A DNA stretch of 64,000 bases from Bacteroidota bacterium (lineage in GTDB: Bacteria; Bacteroidota; Bacteroidia; Bacteroidales; ML635J-15), in contig JAKQPY010000062.1 in the NCBI GenBank assembly GCA_029564465.1, forward strand, positions 4,230 through 68,229, in the 5' to 3' direction. A program made the position numbers and the translations under genes. This document shows positions 31,588-41,881 of the stretch, piece after piece (the first letter of the stretch is position 1; each line of letters begins with the position of its first letter). Below the pieces are notes generated by a model. It made no database searches. It worked only from the letters and a program-made list of their open reading frames with translations, and was not told where the DNA came from.

Positions 31588-32229
31588 TTAAGACGTAGTT
31601 CGGTTTGAACCTGCAATAATATCTTCGAATGCACAATAGGTAACACAGGCGGTAAACGGCAGGGTAAAAACCATGCCTACTCCAAAAAATAATGCTCCGG
31701 CCAGATTAATTAATCCCAAAACAATCATAAATAAAAGTATCGGCCAGAAATTTTTAGATACAATCTTTCGGCTCCATTCCATTGCTTCCCAATAAGGATA
31801 GCGCATAAAAATAATAAAAAAACTCGTAAACGAATATGCAACCGAAAGATAGATACCGGGAATAATTAACAAAATAAGACCCAGCAAAATCATGAAAAAC
31901 GAAACTATTTGCGCAAGAATTAATTCTCCAACAAACTGAAAACCTCTGAAAAATCTCTCGAAGCCCGGATTTTCGTCGCGCAAAATTTCGTTGGCCACAA
32001 AATACATTCCTGCCATAAAAACAGTTGAGAAAAGCGAATAAATCAATGAACCGGCATAGGGAATCACATTCATTAACAGCGATATGGCAACTATAATCGA
32101 AGAATAACCCAAAAAACCGCTCAGGTTGCGTTTGAACAAATCGAGGCCGGAAGAAAAATATTTACCAAACCGGAATTCATAGCCATTCTGAGCTATACCT
32201 GTAAGCAATGCGTCGTAGGAATTACTCAT
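31588..32229 (-). CDS. Integral membrane protein of unknown function
   Basis: About 5 TM helices, IIPGIY and GALFFGVG segments. Confidence 0.75.
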   Translation of the reverse strand: MSNSYDALLTGIAQNGYEFRFGKYFSSGLDLFKRNLSGFLGYSSIIVAISLLMNVIPYAGSLIYSLFSTVFMAGMYFVANEILRDENPGFERFFRGFQFVGELILAQIVSFFMILLGLILLIIPGIYLSVAYSFTSFFIIFMRYPYWEAMEWSRKIVSKNFWPILLFMIVLGLINLAGALFFGVGMVFTLPFTACVTYCAFEDIIAGSNRTTS

Positions 32230-32231
32230 AG

Positions 32232-34013
32232 CTAAATTTCATTTTTAATTGCTACGGCTCCCTCACCCAACAACAAACCACGAACCACACGAGAGGGACT
32301 GGTTACCGGGTCGCAACCGGTAATCTCGTACCATCGTTCATCCATCTTTTGAATTGTTTTTTCATCCATACAAACCACATTAGGCCAATCTCTTACAAAA
32401 TTATCCGTTTTTTCTGATTTTACAGTGGCATTTACAAAAAGGCAATTGCCTACAATTTTACAGTCGGCCGAAGGATCAATATTATTCAGGACATACCATG
32501 CCCGAAGTGCCGGAGTCAGTCCGGATAGATTCGTTTCGGCGAAAACAACCAATTTCATCTCATGGTTTTGGAATTGTGCCATAAACCTGTCTATTCTTTG
32601 TTCAAAGGATAAAGCATCTCCCATACCGAGGTATTCCATTTTTATTCCGCCATTATTTGATTCAACTGCAGATTTGGGCATTGTTGCATCAATCAGTAGC
32701 TTTCCGCCATAAGCAAAAGTATAGGCAGCATGATCGAGTACATCGGCCGGTCCGCGGGAAATTTCGGAGTCACGCAGCCAGTGTATCCGTTGCAGGATTT
32801 CAGGTAACCACATATCCTCGTTGTTGAAGTCAACATCGTCACTAACACAGACGAGTACTTTTGCAAACATCATCTGCCCGTTACCCAGCATTGAATGCAT
32901 AATTTTAAAAGCATGCCCCGGATACCGTGTTTTCAATTTGAGAAAAACCAAATTATGGGCTACACCAAACCATGGCAGGTGCATGTCAATAATTTCTTCA
33001 TGCATCAAACGCAAGGGGTGAACAAAGAATTTTTCGGTAGCCAGTGCCAGATAACGGTCTTCCATGGGTGGTACACCTACAATTGTTGCCGGATAAATGG
33101 CATTGCGCCGGTGAGTAATGCAGGTTACATGAAATACAGGATAGCTATCGGGGAGTGAGTACACTCCCGTATGGTCGCCAAAAGGACCTTCTGTCCTCAT
33201 CGGTTCCGTTGGGTCAATAAATCCTTCGATAACAATATCGGCATCTTCAGGAACCTCGATATCCTGGGTAATACATTTCACCAATTTCACTCTTTTCCGG
33301 CGCATAAAACCCGCTGCAATAAACTCGTCGATACCATCGGGTAGTGGCGCCGTGGCTGCATAGGTATATACAGGATCACCGCCCAGAATAACCGCAACAG
33401 GCAATATTTTATTCTGTTGGCGGCATGCATCGTAATGTGCCGCTCCACCTTTGTGCAAGTGCCAGTGCATTCCGGTTGTATTTCGGTCGAAAATCTGCAT
33501 TCGGTACATTCCCACATTTCTAACCCCGGTAACAGGATGACGCGTAATAACAACCGGAAGGGTTATAAACCGACCTCCATCGTTCGGCCAGCACTGCAAT
33601 ACAGGCAACATGCCAAGATCGGGATTGTTATGAATAACTTGCTGGCAAATAGCCTTACGCCGCCTAATCCTTGGAAGGTATGAAGCGCTTCGTAAAAGTG
33701 CGGGCAGAGAACTCAATCGTTGAGGTAGCGAAGATGCCGGGCGGGTCAGCTTTTTGAGCATTTTAATATATTGTGCGGGCAGTTCATCGAACGACTCGAT
33801 ATTCAGTGCTTGCAAGATGCGCTTTTCGGAGCCAAACGCATTGATAAGCAAGGGAAAGTCAGTTCCGTTGTTGGTGAACAGCAATGCTTTTCCACCATCG
33901 GGCATTTTCATAAACCGATCGGCAATTTCACTGATTTCGAGTATCGGGTTTACCGATGCCGGAATGGTAACAAGTTCACCCGAAGCTTCGAGCTCTCTGA
34001 CAAATCGTTGCAT
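32232..34013 (-). CDS. UbiD-family menaquinone biosynthesis decarboxylase (MqnL-like); start uncertain (ATG 34013 or TTG 34043)
   Basis: RNVGMYRMQ, GMHWHLHK, EGPFGDHTG, ATIVGVPPMED, GQMMFAK, DVLDHA. Confidence 0.88.
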   Translation of the reverse strand: MQRFVRELEASGELVTIPASVNPILEISEIADRFMKMPDGGKALLFTNNGTDFPLLINAFGSEKRILQALNIESFDELPAQYIKMLKKLTRPASSLPQRLSSLPALLRSASYLPRIRRRKAICQQVIHNNPDLGMLPVLQCWPNDGGRFITLPVVITRHPVTGVRNVGMYRMQIFDRNTTGMHWHLHKGGAAHYDACRQQNKILPVAVILGGDPVYTYAATAPLPDGIDEFIAAGFMRRKRVKLVKCITQDIEVPEDADIVIEGFIDPTEPMRTEGPFGDHTGVYSLPDSYPVFHVTCITHRRNAIYPATIVGVPPMEDRYLALATEKFFVHPLRLMHEEIIDMHLPWFGVAHNLVFLKLKTRYPGHAFKIMHSMLGNGQMMFAKVLVCVSDDVDFNNEDMWLPEILQRIHWLRDSEISRGPADVLDHAAYTFAYGGKLLIDATMPKSAVESNNGGIKMEYLGMGDALSFEQRIDRFMAQFQNHEMKLVVFAETNLSGLTPALRAWYVLNNIDPSADCKIVGNCLFVNATVKSEKTDNFVRDWPNVVCMDEKTIQKMDERWYEITGCDPVTSPSRVVRGLLLGEGAVAIKNEI

Positions 34014-34032
34014 CGGGCTCAATGGCTGATAT

Positions 34033-35451
34033 TTATAAGTCAAACTTAAAGGTGAATCCGTTTTGATGCTTGCCACGCGATTCGATGAAGAAATTTCCAA
34101 ACATTGCATTACCACTTATTTCGCCGCAAGTTACCAGCTTATGGTTCAATGAAACATCATAGATTTTATTGGTCCCCGTAGCTTTATCGGCTGTTTTTAC
34201 CCAAAGCATTTCGCCTTTGGAAGAAAGCTTCATCACAAGCATCGCCGGTGTAAACGGAGCAAGCGAAAACGCATTGAACTGGGTTCCGTCTTTCAGTACA
34301 ATATTATCATAGAAAAAACCTCCGGTGTAACAATTGCCTTCATTGTCAGCAACAATACTTAGAGGCCGGCTTGAATTTTTGCCAGTTGTAGTATAACACC
34401 AAAGTGGTTCATTCCCCCTAAACGACAACACATACCAGCTTTCGAGCAGACCGCCCTTATCGTTAAGCACCGCATTAATACGAGAAGTATCGCCAAATAC
34501 CGAGAAGGCACCGGGCTGCTGTGGGAGATAAGCTCCTGTATAAAACCCGCACAAATACACCTGATCTTTGTTAAATGCGATATCGGTAACCTGAGCTTCT
34601 GAGATAGCCCTGTGTACTCTAAGAACATTTCCTTCGGCATCGAAGTAAGCTATATAAACGAATGCATCACCTGTAACAATGGTTTTCGCATTTTTCAGTT
34701 CTGCCACATCATAACATTTACCCGCAAAATCGGCTGAGCCATTCAATTCGCCGGTTATAGCCAGATCACCATATTGATTTACAGCAATGGCAGCAATGGT
34801 AATGCCTGTAACAAAACTATCACCTCCCGAAACATACTTGAGCCATTTGCATTTTCCATCTGCCGTAAACCGGGCTATATAATTATTTTTTTCGTGCGTT
34901 TTTTTCAGTATTTTACCATCGACTGATACCGTTTCTCGGAAAGCGCCTGCTACACAGATATCTTTTCCCGACACCGCCATATCGGCAGCAAACACGTCTA
35001 AGGAACCGGTAATTTCACGCGTCCACTTCACCGTTCCGGTTGCAGCAGAGACCGATGCCAGCAAGGCCATATAGTTTTCACCTGTATATGATATCGGAGT
35101 ACCTGCAAAACTTAATGTCCTGGTATTTTGAGCAAATACAATCAACAGGCTGTCCATCAATTCAAGATTGCGAATCTGCATATCAGCCCGCTTCATCCAT
35201 ATTACTTCGTTGGTAACATCAAGTTTGGCAATAAATCCACCCCAGCGATCTTTATATTTGTAAGGTCCCATGAGTAAACTTTTGTTAAATTCACCAGCCA
35301 GATAGGTGTTACCGTCAGCATCGGTGCAAATACAATTCACACTACTGGAATAGGGGCTGCCAAATATTTTATGAACATCTGATGTGTATTGGGCTTGAAC
35401 TGCAACAAATCCTGCAACAATAAAAAAGACCGAAAAAAGAAAATATTTCAT
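34033..35451 (-). CDS. Exported beta-propeller repeat protein
   Basis: Signal peptide MKYFLF..VQA; repeats D.DGN.Y..G.F / FIAK.D..G...W.K. Confidence 0.7.
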   Translation of the reverse strand: MKYFLFSVFFIVAGFVAVQAQYTSDVHKIFGSPYSSSVNCICTDADGNTYLAGEFNKSLLMGPYKYKDRWGGFIAKLDVTNEVIWMKRADMQIRNLELMDSLLIVFAQNTRTLSFAGTPISYTGENYMALLASVSAATGTVKWTREITGSLDVFAADMAVSGKDICVAGAFRETVSVDGKILKKTHEKNNYIARFTADGKCKWLKYVSGGDSFVTGITIAAIAVNQYGDLAITGELNGSADFAGKCYDVAELKNAKTIVTGDAFVYIAYFDAEGNVLRVHRAISEAQVTDIAFNKDQVYLCGFYTGAYLPQQPGAFSVFGDTSRINAVLNDKGGLLESWYVLSFRGNEPLWCYTTTGKNSSRPLSIVADNEGNCYTGGFFYDNIVLKDGTQFNAFSLAPFTPAMLVMKLSSKGEMLWVKTADKATGTNKIYDVSLNHKLVTCGEISGNAMFGNFFIESRGKHQNGFTFKFDL

Positions 35452-35715
35452 AGCAATTGTATTTTGAGTGCAAATGTGCAAAAAAAATACCTTTTTTTAA
35501 TAATTGACAGCAAATTATGTTCTTCCACTTTATCGGCCAAAATATGTGAAATCTCGCGCACATATTTTTGCAAGCCCTGTTCATTATTTTTACAATTGTT
35601 CGGGCTATTAATCAAAATCAAATTACCATACAAAATAAATCGCTTTGGGGTATCGTCCACAGCATGATATGGGAGTATGTAAAAAAATCGTACTTTTGCA
35701 AAAACAAAGAAAACT

Positions 35716-36027
35716 ATGGGTTTCAGTATGTTTAAATTGCCGGGGTACAGTGTGTTTACCTACACACCCCGCTATTACGATGCCGAGAAGGAACGCAGAG
35801 AAAAGAGGCGTCGTGAACTGCGCATGGACTCGGGCAAAGAACCTTTCGACGACAGCAAGCCGGGAAATAAAATTAAGGGTAGTTTCAATTATATTATCGA
35901 ACGGCGCAAAACACAACAAAAAACATCGCGCTTACGGTTTATCATCATTTTATCGACCCTTGCCTTGCTCGCCTATTTGATTCTTGAAGCCGATCTGAGC
36001 CGTGTTGTCATGTGGTTTAATCAATAG
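35716..36027 (+). CDS. Small membrane-anchored conserved hypothetical protein
   Basis: FTYTPRYYD motif, basic middle, C-terminal TM; usual upstream neighbour of mutL in Bacteroidota; TACTTTTG at about 35691. Confidence 0.75.
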   Translation: MGFSMFKLPGYSVFTYTPRYYDAEKERREKRRRELRMDSGKEPFDDSKPGNKIKGSFNYIIERRKTQQKTSRLRFIIILSTLALLAYLILEADLSRVVMWFNQ

Positions 36028-36041
36028 TACGGGGCTGGTTT

Positions 36042-37871
36042 ATGTCAGATATTATTCGATTGCTGCCTGATGCAGTTGCCAATCAGATTGCCGCCGGCGA
36101 GGTGATACAACGCCCCGCTTCGGTAATAAAAGAGCTTGCCGAGAATGCGCTGGATGCAGGTGCCGGTGAGATACAAATCATACTGAAAGATTCGGGGAAA
36201 ACTCTGATTCAGGTAATTGACAACGGCTGTGGCATGTCGGCAACCGACGCACGCATGTGTTTCGAGCGTCATGCCACCTCGAAAATACGAAACGCAAACG
36301 ACTTGTTTGCCATAAAAACCATGGGATTTCGCGGAGAAGCAATGGCTTCGATTGCCGCAATCACCGAAACCGAAATGCGCACCAAGCGCCACGATCAGGA
36401 TACAGGAACACGACTCATGATATCGGCATCTGAGGTGATACTTCAGGAAGCCTGCCAATGCGCTAACGGCACCAACATCATGGTCCGCAACCTGTTTTAC
36501 AATGTTCCGGCACGCCGAAAATTTCTCAAGTCTGACCAAACCGAAATGCGGCATATCCTTGACGAATTTAACCGGGTAGCCATTCCCTCTCCTACTGTAA
36601 AATTCAGATTGGTTCACAACGACAACGAACTGGTTGTTGCTGAACCGGGCAATATCAGACAACGCATTGTGGGTTTGTTCGGGAAGCAAATAAACCAGCA
36701 ACTGATTCCGGTACATGTCGAAACCAGCATTGTAAAAATAGAAGGCTTCATAGGGAAACCCGATAAAACACGGAAAACACCCGACGAACAATTCTTCTTT
36801 GTGAACAGCCGCTACATGCAGCACCCTTATTTCCGTAAAGCTGTGATGATGGCCTATGACAATATCATTCAGACCAATACCTACCCGTCTTTTTTTATAT
36901 TTATGGATGTTGACCCATCGCAGATTGACATCAATATACATCCGACCAAAACCGAGATTAAATTTGAAGAGGAAAAAGCAATTTTCCAGATACTCAATGC
37001 TGCTGTAAAAGAATCGCTGGGGAAGTTCAATATCATGGCACCCATGGAGTTTAGCGAAGATATTACCCGTGATGTGCATTTCACGTCAACCACCGAATTC
37101 AAGCCACCGGTTATTTCGCTGAACCCCGATTACAACCCATTCGAAAAATCAAATTCAGTTCAAAAAGCAAAAAATTATTACGAGCATTTCGACAAGGGTT
37201 TTCATGAAACCGGAAAATCACAGACCAATTGGGAACTTCTGTATGAAGCTGCCCGGCGTGAGCCTTCGGCGGATTCTGAATTACCTGCTTCAACACAGAC
37301 ATCGCAAGATAGTAACGATTTTTTTCAGTTAAAGGAAAAATATATTCTCACGGCTGTAAAGTCGGGTTTGATGATGATTGACCAGGGACGTGCACATGAG
37401 AGAATTTTGTACGAAGAAATGCTGCTTCATATGCAGGACAGACGCTCTGCGACGCAAAAACAATTATTTCCGGAGCAAGTGGAGTTGAGTAATGCCGACC
37501 GCGCCCTGCTGGCCGAAATTTCGGATCAATTACTGGCCGTGGGATTCGACATCAGTTTTCTGGGTCGTAATACCATCGCTATTAATGGGGTACCTTCGGA
37601 GCTCACTTCAATCAATCCGGTGTCATTGTTCACCGAAATGCTCGAAACATATAAAGCCGTTGGCGAAAAATTACAGCTACCCTATCAAGAACGACTGGCT
37701 CTGTCGCTGGCCAAAACATCGGCAATACATTCGCAACGATCGCTTACCGCTGCCGAAATGAAAGATTTATTTTTCCGGCTCATGTCGTGCAAAAATCATA
37801 ATTTTGCGCCCGATGGAAAAAAAATCATCGAGATTATCAGTATCGACGAAATTGCAAAAAAGTTTAACTAA
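36042..37871 (+). CDS. mutL: DNA mismatch repair endonuclease MutL
   Basis: NQIAAGEVIQRP, HATSK, GFRGEAM, DINIHPTK, IDQGRAHERI. Confidence 0.98.
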   Translation: MSDIIRLLPDAVANQIAAGEVIQRPASVIKELAENALDAGAGEIQIILKDSGKTLIQVIDNGCGMSATDARMCFERHATSKIRNANDLFAIKTMGFRGEAMASIAAITETEMRTKRHDQDTGTRLMISASEVILQEACQCANGTNIMVRNLFYNVPARRKFLKSDQTEMRHILDEFNRVAIPSPTVKFRLVHNDNELVVAEPGNIRQRIVGLFGKQINQQLIPVHVETSIVKIEGFIGKPDKTRKTPDEQFFFVNSRYMQHPYFRKAVMMAYDNIIQTNTYPSFFIFMDVDPSQIDINIHPTKTEIKFEEEKAIFQILNAAVKESLGKFNIMAPMEFSEDITRDVHFTSTTEFKPPVISLNPDYNPFEKSNSVQKAKNYYEHFDKGFHETGKSQTNWELLYEAARREPSADSELPASTQTSQDSNDFFQLKEKYILTAVKSGLMMIDQGRAHERILYEEMLLHMQDRRSATQKQLFPEQVELSNADRALLAEISDQLLAVGFDISFLGRNTIAINGVPSELTSINPVSLFTEMLETYKAVGEKLQLPYQERLALSLAKTSAIHSQRSLTAAEMKDLFFRLMSCKNHNFAPDGKKIIEIISIDEIAKKFN

Positions 37872-37879
37872 GCTGTTTT

Positions 37880-38626
37880 ATGAACCAATATAGCCCTGGA
37901 GGATTTTTAAGTTTGCCGCCGGTAGTAAAAAACCTGCTTATTATAAATGTTATTTTATTTATTGCTACGCTCATTCTCGAACGAACCGGCATCGATTTGT
38001 ACCAGTATCTGGCAGTCCATAGCATTAAGAGTCCCGATTTCCGGCCCTATCAGTTGATTACCCACATGTTCATGCACGGGGGAATAGGACATATTTTCTT
38101 CAACATGTTTGCCTTGTGGATGTTTGGCCGTGTACTCGAAGATGTGTGGGGATCGCGCCGGTTTTTTGTTTACTATTTTGTAACCGGACTTGGAGCTGCA
38201 TTTTTACATCTGCTCGTAAATTATATCGAAGTGCAGGCCCTGATGAAACAGATGAACCCTGCATTGGTTAGCCAGGTTCTCTCGGAAGGAGCCGATTTGT
38301 TACGCAGCGGACTTAATTACAGCGATTCGCTTGCCGGGAAACTCAACCTGATGCTAAACACTCCTACGGTGGGTGCATCGGGTGCAATATACGGATTGTT
38401 GCTTGCTTTTGGTTTTCTGTTTCCGAATGCAATTATTTACTTATATTTTGCCCTTCCCATAAAAGCCAAATGGTTTGTAATTTTGTATGGAGGTCTGGAA
38501 CTTTATTTAGGATTTGCCAACAGGGCTGGCGACAATGTGGCACACTTTGCCCACCTTGGTGGAATGCTTTTTGGGCTGATATTCCTGCTAATCTGGAAAA
38601 AACACAAATTCAATCGCTGGAACTGA
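37880..38626 (+). CDS. Rhomboid family intramembrane serine protease
   Basis: HIFFNM, VGASG, AHFAHLGG. Confidence 0.93.
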   Translation: MNQYSPGGFLSLPPVVKNLLIINVILFIATLILERTGIDLYQYLAVHSIKSPDFRPYQLITHMFMHGGIGHIFFNMFALWMFGRVLEDVWGSRRFFVYYFVTGLGAAFLHLLVNYIEVQALMKQMNPALVSQVLSEGADLLRSGLNYSDSLAGKLNLMLNTPTVGASGAIYGLLLAFGFLFPNAIIYLYFALPIKAKWFVILYGGLELYLGFANRAGDNVAHFAHLGGMLFGLIFLLIWKKHKFNRWN

Positions 38627-39525
38627 TGAGCATTGTAAGCGAAATAAAAGCTTCATTCCGTAACGGTTCCGTCGTTACCCGCCTCATTTACATGAATCTG
38701 GCAGTATTTCTGGTTACGGGATTAAGTTTTGCCATAATTTTTTTATTAGACGGAAATATCGGAAATGTTCGGAAGTGGCTCGAAATACCGGCCGATTTCA
38801 GCTTGCTGCTCAGCCGGCCATGGACACTTATCACATACATGTTTACCCACTTCGGATTTCTTCACATTCTTTTTAATGTGTTAACTCTGTATTGGTTCGG
38901 CAAACTGTTTTTACAATACATGACACAGCGGCAGTTGTTGGGAGTTTACCTATCGGGAGGTATCTGGGGCGGATTGTTTTTTGTGTTATCCTATAATGTT
39001 TTTCCGGCCTTTAAAAGTGTTGTCGGCGAAGCCACCGCTGTAGGCGCTTCAGCGTCGGTAATGGCAATAATATTCACTGTTGCAACATTGGTTCCCAAAC
39101 ACGAAATACACATGATGTTTATAGGCAAGGTAAAATTGATATATCTGGCACTGGCAGTAGTAATTATCGATGTTGTAAGTATCCCTTACGGCAATGCCGG
39201 CGGGCATATTGCACACCTTGGCGGCGCCGCCTTTGGGGTGTTGTTTGCATTTCAATACCGAAAAGGACATGATATAGGTGCCTGGACTGTGAAAATTGTG
39301 GATTTAATAAGCCGTGTTTTCAGGAAAAAGGAAAATATCAGAGTTAGCAGTCGTAATCATTCAAAAGCCGGTTATAGCAAGCAAGCCGACATGGATTACA
39401 ACGCAAAAAAGAAAGCTGAACAGGACGAAATAAACAGCATTCTCGATAAGGTGGCTCGTTCGGGTTATGGCAGCCTGACAGCCTCCGAAAAAGAAAAACT
39501 GTTTAAAATGAGCAGTAAAAAATAG
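38626..39525 (+). CDS. Rhomboid family protease with C-terminal soluble domain
   Basis: ATG at 38626 overlaps upstream TGA; HILFN, VGASA, AHLGG, ILDKVARSGYGSLT. Confidence 0.92.
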   Translation: MSIVSEIKASFRNGSVVTRLIYMNLAVFLVTGLSFAIIFLLDGNIGNVRKWLEIPADFSLLLSRPWTLITYMFTHFGFLHILFNVLTLYWFGKLFLQYMTQRQLLGVYLSGGIWGGLFFVLSYNVFPAFKSVVGEATAVGASASVMAIIFTVATLVPKHEIHMMFIGKVKLIYLALAVVIIDVVSIPYGNAGGHIAHLGGAAFGVLFAFQYRKGHDIGAWTVKIVDLISRVFRKKENIRVSSRNHSKAGYSKQADMDYNAKKKAEQDEINSILDKVARSGYGSLTASEKEKLFKMSSKK

Positions 39526-39534
39526 ATTCGTCTA

Positions 39535-40467
39535 TTAATCACCAAATGGCTTTTCGTTAGAAAAATCGGGGCGGTATACCGTTGTGCTATCCAATTCCTG
39601 TAACCATCCCCGGTAAAAACCTAGCTCCTGCATAACTTCAACCAGATTCTCGTATTCACTGTGTGAAATACTCCGGTTGAGTTGCGGATGGTTTTCAACA
39701 CGAGAGGTCGGATAATATTGCGACATCAACGAAATATGAAGTTTTACCGAAAATTCACTTGCAATAGTTTGCAATACGGTAATACTTTGATCCACTGCCC
39801 CTGGAAGTACCAGATGGCGCAGAATTATACCCGAAGCAGCCAGTCCGTTTTGGTCTACAATCAGACCGGTTCCTTTTTGCCTCAACATTTCACGAATAGC
39901 CTCAATGGCAACCGAAGGGTAATCGGGAGCATCGGAATATGCCATGGCAAGCTTAGCATCCATATATTTAAAATCAGGCAGGTACACATCAATCAGTCTT
40001 TCAAGTCCGCGAAGGCTTTCCACATTGTCGTATGCATTGGTGTTGTAAACAAAAACAGGATTTCGACCAGTCGCCTTTATTCCCCTGATAATTGCACACA
40101 TTTGTGGAATGCAATGCGAAGGAGAAACAAAGCCCACGATATTTTCGGTAGTATCGAGAACACTGCAAATGCGCGAAACTAACTCATTATAATCCGACGG
40201 TCCCGGTAAATTACCATCCGAGTTTTCCGAAATATCGCAGTTTTGACAATACATGCATTGCAGGTTACAATGCGGAAAGAAAACATTACAAATGCCTTTA
40301 CTGCCGGATATTACCTCTTCCTCTCCCTTATGTATGCATACCGACGACACCCGGAACATGGCATCACAACCACAATACCCTGTTTCGCCTTCCATGCGGT
40401 TAACCCCACATTTGCGCGGACACAGGGTGCAGTGTGACAGCATTTCTATTTCGGAGGGTAAATACAA
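39535..40467 (-). CDS. PflX-like radical SAM protein
   Basis: N-terminal CTLCPRKC, CNLQCMYC, VYNTNAY, YLPDFKY, RHLVLPG, SLMSQY. Confidence 0.88.
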   Translation of the reverse strand: MYLPSEIEMLSHCTLCPRKCGVNRMEGETGYCGCDAMFRVSSVCIHKGEEEVISGSKGICNVFFPHCNLQCMYCQNCDISENSDGNLPGPSDYNELVSRICSVLDTTENIVGFVSPSHCIPQMCAIIRGIKATGRNPVFVYNTNAYDNVESLRGLERLIDVYLPDFKYMDAKLAMAYSDAPDYPSVAIEAIREMLRQKGTGLIVDQNGLAASGIILRHLVLPGAVDQSITVLQTIASEFSVKLHISLMSQYYPTSRVENHPQLNRSISHSEYENLVEVMQELGFYRGWLQELDSTTVYRPDFSNEKPFGD

Positions 40468-40499
40468 AAATCAATATTTTAAATTAATCCGGAATTTCG

Positions 40500-40961
40500 T
40501 TACTTGTAGTCAAGGGTTTGCAACACCCCCTCAACCAGTTCGGGCTCAAAACCTTTTCCAAACATATAACGCAATATCTTTTGTGAATATTCGAATGGGC
40601 TGGGCGCTTCCATTTTCCGTTGCAAAATCAGCATTTTAATGGTTTTGGCATACTCGGTTTCATCAATTTGAGCAAGGGCATCTTCGATAGCGGCGGCAGG
40701 AATTTTCTTCATATTTAGTTCGTACCTGATTTTAATCCGCCCCCAACGGTTAAAACGAAATTTATCCATCGCAAAGGCCAAAGCATAGCGTGCATTGTCG
40801 ATAAATTTTTCATCGGTGAGTTGTGCCACAATTTCGTTGCGCTGTGTATGCGTTAATTCGTACTTTTTAAGGTACAGCAGCACGTCGTAGCTGCATTTTT
40901 CGCTTTTTCCGCACAACCAGCGTGCATTCTCATACGCCTGTCTTACATTTTCGTCTGACAT
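40500..40961 (-). CDS. recX: Regulatory protein RecX
   Basis: CGKSEKC, FIDNARYA, RFNRWGRIKI, KGFE. Confidence 0.9.
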   Translation of the reverse strand: MSDENVRQAYENARWLCGKSEKCSYDVLLYLKKYELTHTQRNEIVAQLTDEKFIDNARYALAFAMDKFRFNRWGRIKIRYELNMKKIPAAAIEDALAQIDETEYAKTIKMLILQRKMEAPSPFEYSQKILRYMFGKGFEPELVEGVLQTLDYK

Positions 40962-40962
40962 A

Positions 40963-41775
40963 TTATTCGGTTTCGATAGTTACATAATAGCCCTGATGGT
41001 TACGCACATTGAGTGCATTTCCATCTTCAAAAATCAGGTATTGCCCTTTAATTCCCACAAGCCTCGAAATGAAATCCTTGGTATTGTCGAGTTTCAGCGT
41101 GCTCCGATACGGGGCCTCCCTGAACACCGGATACACCAGAGTGGTTATACTGTTATCGGTGGTTACAAACTGACGGAGTTCAATGGGCAATAATTCGGCC
41201 AGCTCCTTTTTGCGTGCCGGTAAGTCAATTTCGTGAGTCGTTGCATTAAGCATTGCTGCGAGGTTGGTTTTATCGGAAACGTATTTTTTCAGTTCCACTT
41301 CGATTAGCCCGGCCAACTGGCGGTATGGTGTTCTGGCAAGTTTTACAGCCGCAATGGCCCCCTGATCAATCCAGCGCGTGGGTATCTGGGTGTGCCGTGT
41401 TACCCCTACTTTCAGATTTCCGGTTACTGCAAGATACACAATATGGTCGATGAGGGCATTTTTCTTCGACCATTCCATGTCGCGCGAAATACCTTCATGC
41501 GACAAATCAAGTTCCGGGTGTAATACCCCCCTGTCGGTTTCGGGTAAGCTCGTATAGCAGGTGTAGCAATAGCCATTGTGAAACGATGTTTTGGTTTTAC
41601 TTCCACAATGCACACAGTGTATCGTACCTTGAAAAAAAATACGCAGGGTTTTGCCAATGATGTCATTCAACGTAATGCGATCAGGTTCCGACACCAGATA
41701 ATAGCTTACAGGCGTGGTCGCACGGGCTTCCATCTTCAGCAAATTTCCATCGAACAGTATTTTTCTATTGCTCAT
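40963..41775 (-). CDS. DUF2797 domain protein
   Basis: CVHCG...GYCYTC, HIVYLA, KVGVTR, TRWIDQGA, SDKTN, GIKGQYLIF, NVRNHQGY. Confidence 0.88.
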   Translation of the reverse strand: MSNRKILFDGNLLKMEARATTPVSYYLVSEPDRITLNDIIGKTLRIFFQGTIHCVHCGSKTKTSFHNGYCYTCYTSLPETDRGVLHPELDLSHEGISRDMEWSKKNALIDHIVYLAVTGNLKVGVTRHTQIPTRWIDQGAIAAVKLARTPYRQLAGLIEVELKKYVSDKTNLAAMLNATTHEIDLPARKKELAELLPIELRQFVTTDNSITTLVYPVFREAPYRSTLKLDNTKDFISRLVGIKGQYLIFEDGNALNVRNHQGYYVTIETE

Positions 41776-41881
41776 TCCACCTTGTATTGTATGCTGCTAA
41801 GATACGCTTAACTCTCAACAATGCCAGATTTTTTATCGGGGGATGCCAAAATTATTCTATTTTTGAAAAAATGTTTGCATT

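Noticed and set aside
35369-35980. Several short overlapping ORFs around the divergent promoter region
   Set aside because: Low-complexity translations with no motifs; only 35716-36027 looks like a real gene
36045-37079. Long antisense ORFs (344 aa opposite mutL; similar ones opposite rpoB, rpoC, tuf, parC)
   Set aside because: In-register antisense shadows of conserved genes, with no recognisable motifs
37880-39525. Tandem rhomboids after mutL as a novel system
   Set aside because: Common Bacteroidota arrangement; the 38470 start in the ORF track is an upstream extension and the real start is probably 38626
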